From the NCBI GenBank assembly GCA_963783085.1, contig CAWAMJ010000012.1, positions 100,331 to 140,330 on the forward strand: 40,000 nucleotides of DNA, written 5' to 3'. The notes under the pieces are model-generated. The model worked only from the letters and a program-made list of their open reading frames with translations, searched no databases and had not been told where the DNA came from. The translations under genes and the position numbers were made by a program. Shown piece by piece: positions 37,827 through 40,000 of the stretch (positions within the stretch are counted from its first letter, which is position 1; each line of letters opens with the position of its first letter). Source of the stretch: an uncultured Prolixibacteraceae bacterium (GTDB lineage: Bacteria; Bacteroidota; Bacteroidia; Bacteroidales; Prolixibacteraceae).

Positions 37827-39185
37827 TTAACCAGCAGGCAAGTGTCTTTTATATTGCGCCCAAGCTGATATGAGGCCGGGGAAACAAATTAAATTATCGT
37901 GTCCCCTTTTCAGTTCCAGTACATATCCCAACCCTTTTTCAGGTGTTTCAGCGTCATTGCCAGGCGACCAGTGCAATAATACACTGGTTGAGTCTGTATT
38001 AGCGCTCAGACTTTGAGGTTGTTCGGGGCTGGTGTTGCTTTTGGTAGTATTGTTCAGGTATATTTTAGTGACCCGATCACGATACCCTGAACTTAAAAGG
38101 TTTCCTTCCCCTGTAACAATAATATCTAAATCATGGTCATTATCAATATCTCCAAATTTGATTACGCCCCCTTCAACACCCTGAATATTTTCACCTGTTT
38201 CTTCAGTAAAACTAACACCACCATTATTTTTATAAAGCGTGGTCTCTATATCATTGATGCCTACACCCGTAACCATAAAATCCAGCCAACCGTCATTGTT
38301 GAAGTCTCCTAAATCGATGGCAGCACTCCCTAAACGGTATCCACTTACAATTGGTTGTTCGTCGAACTTTAAATTATTGTTTCTGTATATCGTTACAAAG
38401 TTTTGGTCCGTGCCACATAAAAAAATATCTAAATAGCCGTCATTGTCATAGTCCCCCCATTTAGCCATGCCATATCTTAAATTTTTCAGTGAACTTGAGG
38501 TGTCGGCTACGAAAACATTATTTCCCTGATTAATGTAAATTTTTGAAAATCCATAATCAGGCCATCCGTTGTCACCTGTAACAAGCAAATCTAAATCTCC
38601 ATCTTTATCAAAGTCTCCCCAATCTGCGGATCCATTTGTCAGCGATGGAACAGATGTCTCTATTCTGCAGAAGTTATTTCTGCCATTGCTTTCATATAAG
38701 CCAGCCGTGGTGCTAAAGAGGTCAATATCCCCATCATTATCATAATCGCCAATTTCAAAGCTGGTAAACTCAGCATAATTAAATGACATATAATTTTGCA
38801 CTTCAAATTCTCCATTACCATTATTTTTACTAAAATTTGGAAAAGGAAAAACAGTAGAGTTAGTCCTACCATCCATAACCAGATCTAAGTCTCCATCATT
38901 ATCATAATCGAGAAAATCGATTTTCCCGAATTCAAATGCCGGCAGGTTGGTATTTATAGTATCCTTCTCAAATACATTATTTCCTTTGTTAAGATAGATA
39001 ACAGTTGTTGTTAAACCATCTCCTGAAATCAAAATATCCAGTAAGCCATCATTATTGATATCTCCCAGCGAGCAACAGCTATATTTAACCTGTGCCAGTC
39101 CGGCATTCTCCAATTCCGTATATATTTGCGCCATTATATAGCTAGGTGCAAATAACAGTACGATTATTACTAATGTTTTATACAT
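37827..39185 (-). CDS. FG-GAP/VCBS-repeat protein with signal peptide (5' part of the same split gene)
   Basis: Signal peptide MYKTLVIIVLLFAPSYIMAQ, FG-GAP repeats (GDINNDGLLD, DYDNDGDLD...). It ends in an out-of-frame tail after ...GHDNLI. Confidence 0.8.
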   Translation of the reverse strand: MYKTLVIIVLLFAPSYIMAQIYTELENAGLAQVKYSCCSLGDINNDGLLDILISGDGLTTTVIYLNKGNNVFEKDTINTNLPAFEFGKIDFLDYDNDGDLDLVMDGRTNSTVFPFPNFSKNNGNGEFEVQNYMSFNYAEFTSFEIGDYDNDGDIDLFSTTAGLYESNGRNNFCRIETSVPSLTNGSADWGDFDKDGDLDLLVTGDNGWPDYGFSKIYINQGNNVFVADTSSSLKNLRYGMAKWGDYDNDGYLDIFLCGTDQNFVTIYRNNNLKFDEQPIVSGYRLGSAAIDLGDFNNDGWLDFMVTGVGINDIETTLYKNNGGVSFTEETGENIQGVEGGVIKFGDIDNDHDLDIIVTGEGNLLSSGYRDRVTKIYLNNTTKSNTSPEQPQSLSANTDSTSVLLHWSPGNDAETPEKGLGYVLELKRGHDNLICFPGLISAWAQYKRHLPAG

Positions 39186-39198
39186 GTTTTTTAAATTA

Positions 39199-39389
39199 TT
39201 GCTAACGGTTTGGCTATGTGGAGTGCGGGACTTTGAAACGCTTCACGGTCAGGCTGCCACTGAGCCAATTCGTTTATTCAAATTTTGTTTTTATAGCCAA
39301 ATCGTCAAAGACGAATTGGCGGTGTTGCAACGAAGCACAGCTGTTTGATTACGCACTGCACCCCGCATTACATATAGCTTTTGTTGTGC
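39199..39389 (-). other. large attC-like structured element (191 nt), uninterrupted copy
   Basis: R''-like GCACAAC (39389-39383) lies 13 nt after the stop at 39403. R'-like ACC-GTTAGCAA (39206-39199) lies 13 nt before the ATG at 39185. It shares conserved blocks with 30865-31045: ATGTAATGCGGG, CACCGCCAAT-CGTCTTTGACG, CGTTTCAAA-TCCCGCACTCCAC. Confidence 0.6.
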
Positions 39390-39402
39390 TTTCGTGCTTT
39401 TC

Positions 39403-40000
39403 TTATTTTACAGCATCAATCAATATTTGTGTCTTTGAGCCTTGTTTTACATGCTGCTTATCTTCTAGGTCAAAATCAGCTCCGTCCATGGCATTTGTAG
39501 CTTGTTGAAATAATGGTAAATATCTTGCTTCATCATTTAAAATATCAATTATTGGTTCACAGAATCTATTCATCAAACGTTCACTATTGAATGGAGGATT
39601 ATCTTGGGCGCTTACTAATATTCTGAACATGGTTAATAAATGAAACCTAACACGTTTGTATTTGGAGTCTATAATTCTTCTTCTGAAAAGAGATTCAAGT
39701 CTATAATATGCAAGGGCACTCGTATAGTAAGGAATAAAAGCATGGTCCTCATTGAAAATTTGTGAAGAATCAGAATTCAACCTTTTTACAATAGAACCAA
39801 AATAACTTGTGACCAAATGGGGATTTTGGAGAAACATTGCTGAAAAGGATTTAATCTGAATAGGAATACTGATTATACGAGTCTTAGTCACAGAACTATC
39901 AGTATTATATTGTTTTGACCTTCTTTCGTAATAAAGTGCTCCATCTCCATCAAAAGACTTATAATATTGCTCCAATCTCCTTTGGAAATCAGTAAGTGCA
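39403..40000 (-). CDS. AIPR-like abortive-infection protein, C-terminal part (5' end outside window)
   Basis: The frame is open to the window edge (...ALTDFQRRLEQYYKSF). LYYERRSKQY...RIISIPIQIKSFSAMFLQNPH resembles the AIPR C-terminal region. Assignment is from memory. Confidence 0.5.
   Translation of the reverse strand, partial: ALTDFQRRLEQYYKSFDGDGALYYERRSKQYNTDSSVTKTRIISIPIQIKSFSAMFLQNPHLVTSYFGSIVKRLNSDSSQIFNEDHAFIPYYTSALAYYRLESLFRRRIIDSKYKRVRFHLLTMFRILVSAQDNPPFNSERLMNRFCEPIIDILNDEARYLPLFQQATNAMDGADFDLEDKQHVKQGSKTQILIDAVK

Noticed and set aside
27950-39389. The recurring boxes and palindromes as a CRISPR array.
   Set aside because: The repeats are not identical, not regularly spaced, and are separated by kilobase-scale protein-coding genes. 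No cas genes are present.
39218-39508. The 96-aa plus-strand ORF, and the similar small ORFs at 30542-31192.
   Set aside because: They overlap the structured attC-like elements or intron RNA domains. Their shared peptide segments simply reflect the shared nucleotide repeat.

Overview
This window looks like a Bacteroidota chromosome: T9SS C-terminal sorting domain, lipoprotein signals, TAnnTTTG-type promoter boxes and an nqr operon. The left ~25 kb is ordinary core. It holds a partial sensor kinase, a DUF5103-like protein, the complete nqrABCDEF operon with a clear terminator, an SLC13 transporter with a coupled Cys-rich DUF3795 gene, an SNase-like gene and CorA. It also holds a loose glycan/oxidoreductase cluster (DUF1080, a Tat-signal Gfo/Idh/MocA, a beta-helix protein, two putative glycosidases, a second Gfo/Idh/MocA), an SDR gene flanked by nested palindromic repeats, and a two-domain spondin_N protein. 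From about 25.4 kb rightward the sequence is visibly more AT-rich and accessory in character. From 27.0 kb to the right edge, every minus-strand gene block is bounded by ...AAC / GTTA... boxes that enclose imperfect palindromes. One palindrome is about 66 nt and three are about 170-197 nt. This is the architecture of integron attC sites and gene cassettes, and no integron integrase is in view. Two of the large sites are homologous and show compensatory base changes. One large site carries a complete group II intron, with a textbook domain V and a 417-aa RT/maturase. A second carries an IS91-family unit (tyrosine recombinase plus HUH-Y2 transposase) in its apical loop. The short site abuts an IS110-family transposase remnant. 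Cargo is typical of chromosomal cassette arrays: HicAB, a HigB/RelE-XRE pair, a decayed MNT nucleotidyltransferase, an AIPR-like abortive-infection gene cut by the window edge, a DUF6624-like gene, and a ~4.2 kb FG-GAP/T9SS gene split by a frameshift. Smaller anomalies are a CorA with GTN instead of GMN, likely frameshifts in the DUF3795, nucleoside-hydrolase-like and IS-integrase genes, and MITE-like nested palindromes around the SDR gene. All family names come from motif recognition by eye. No database search was run.
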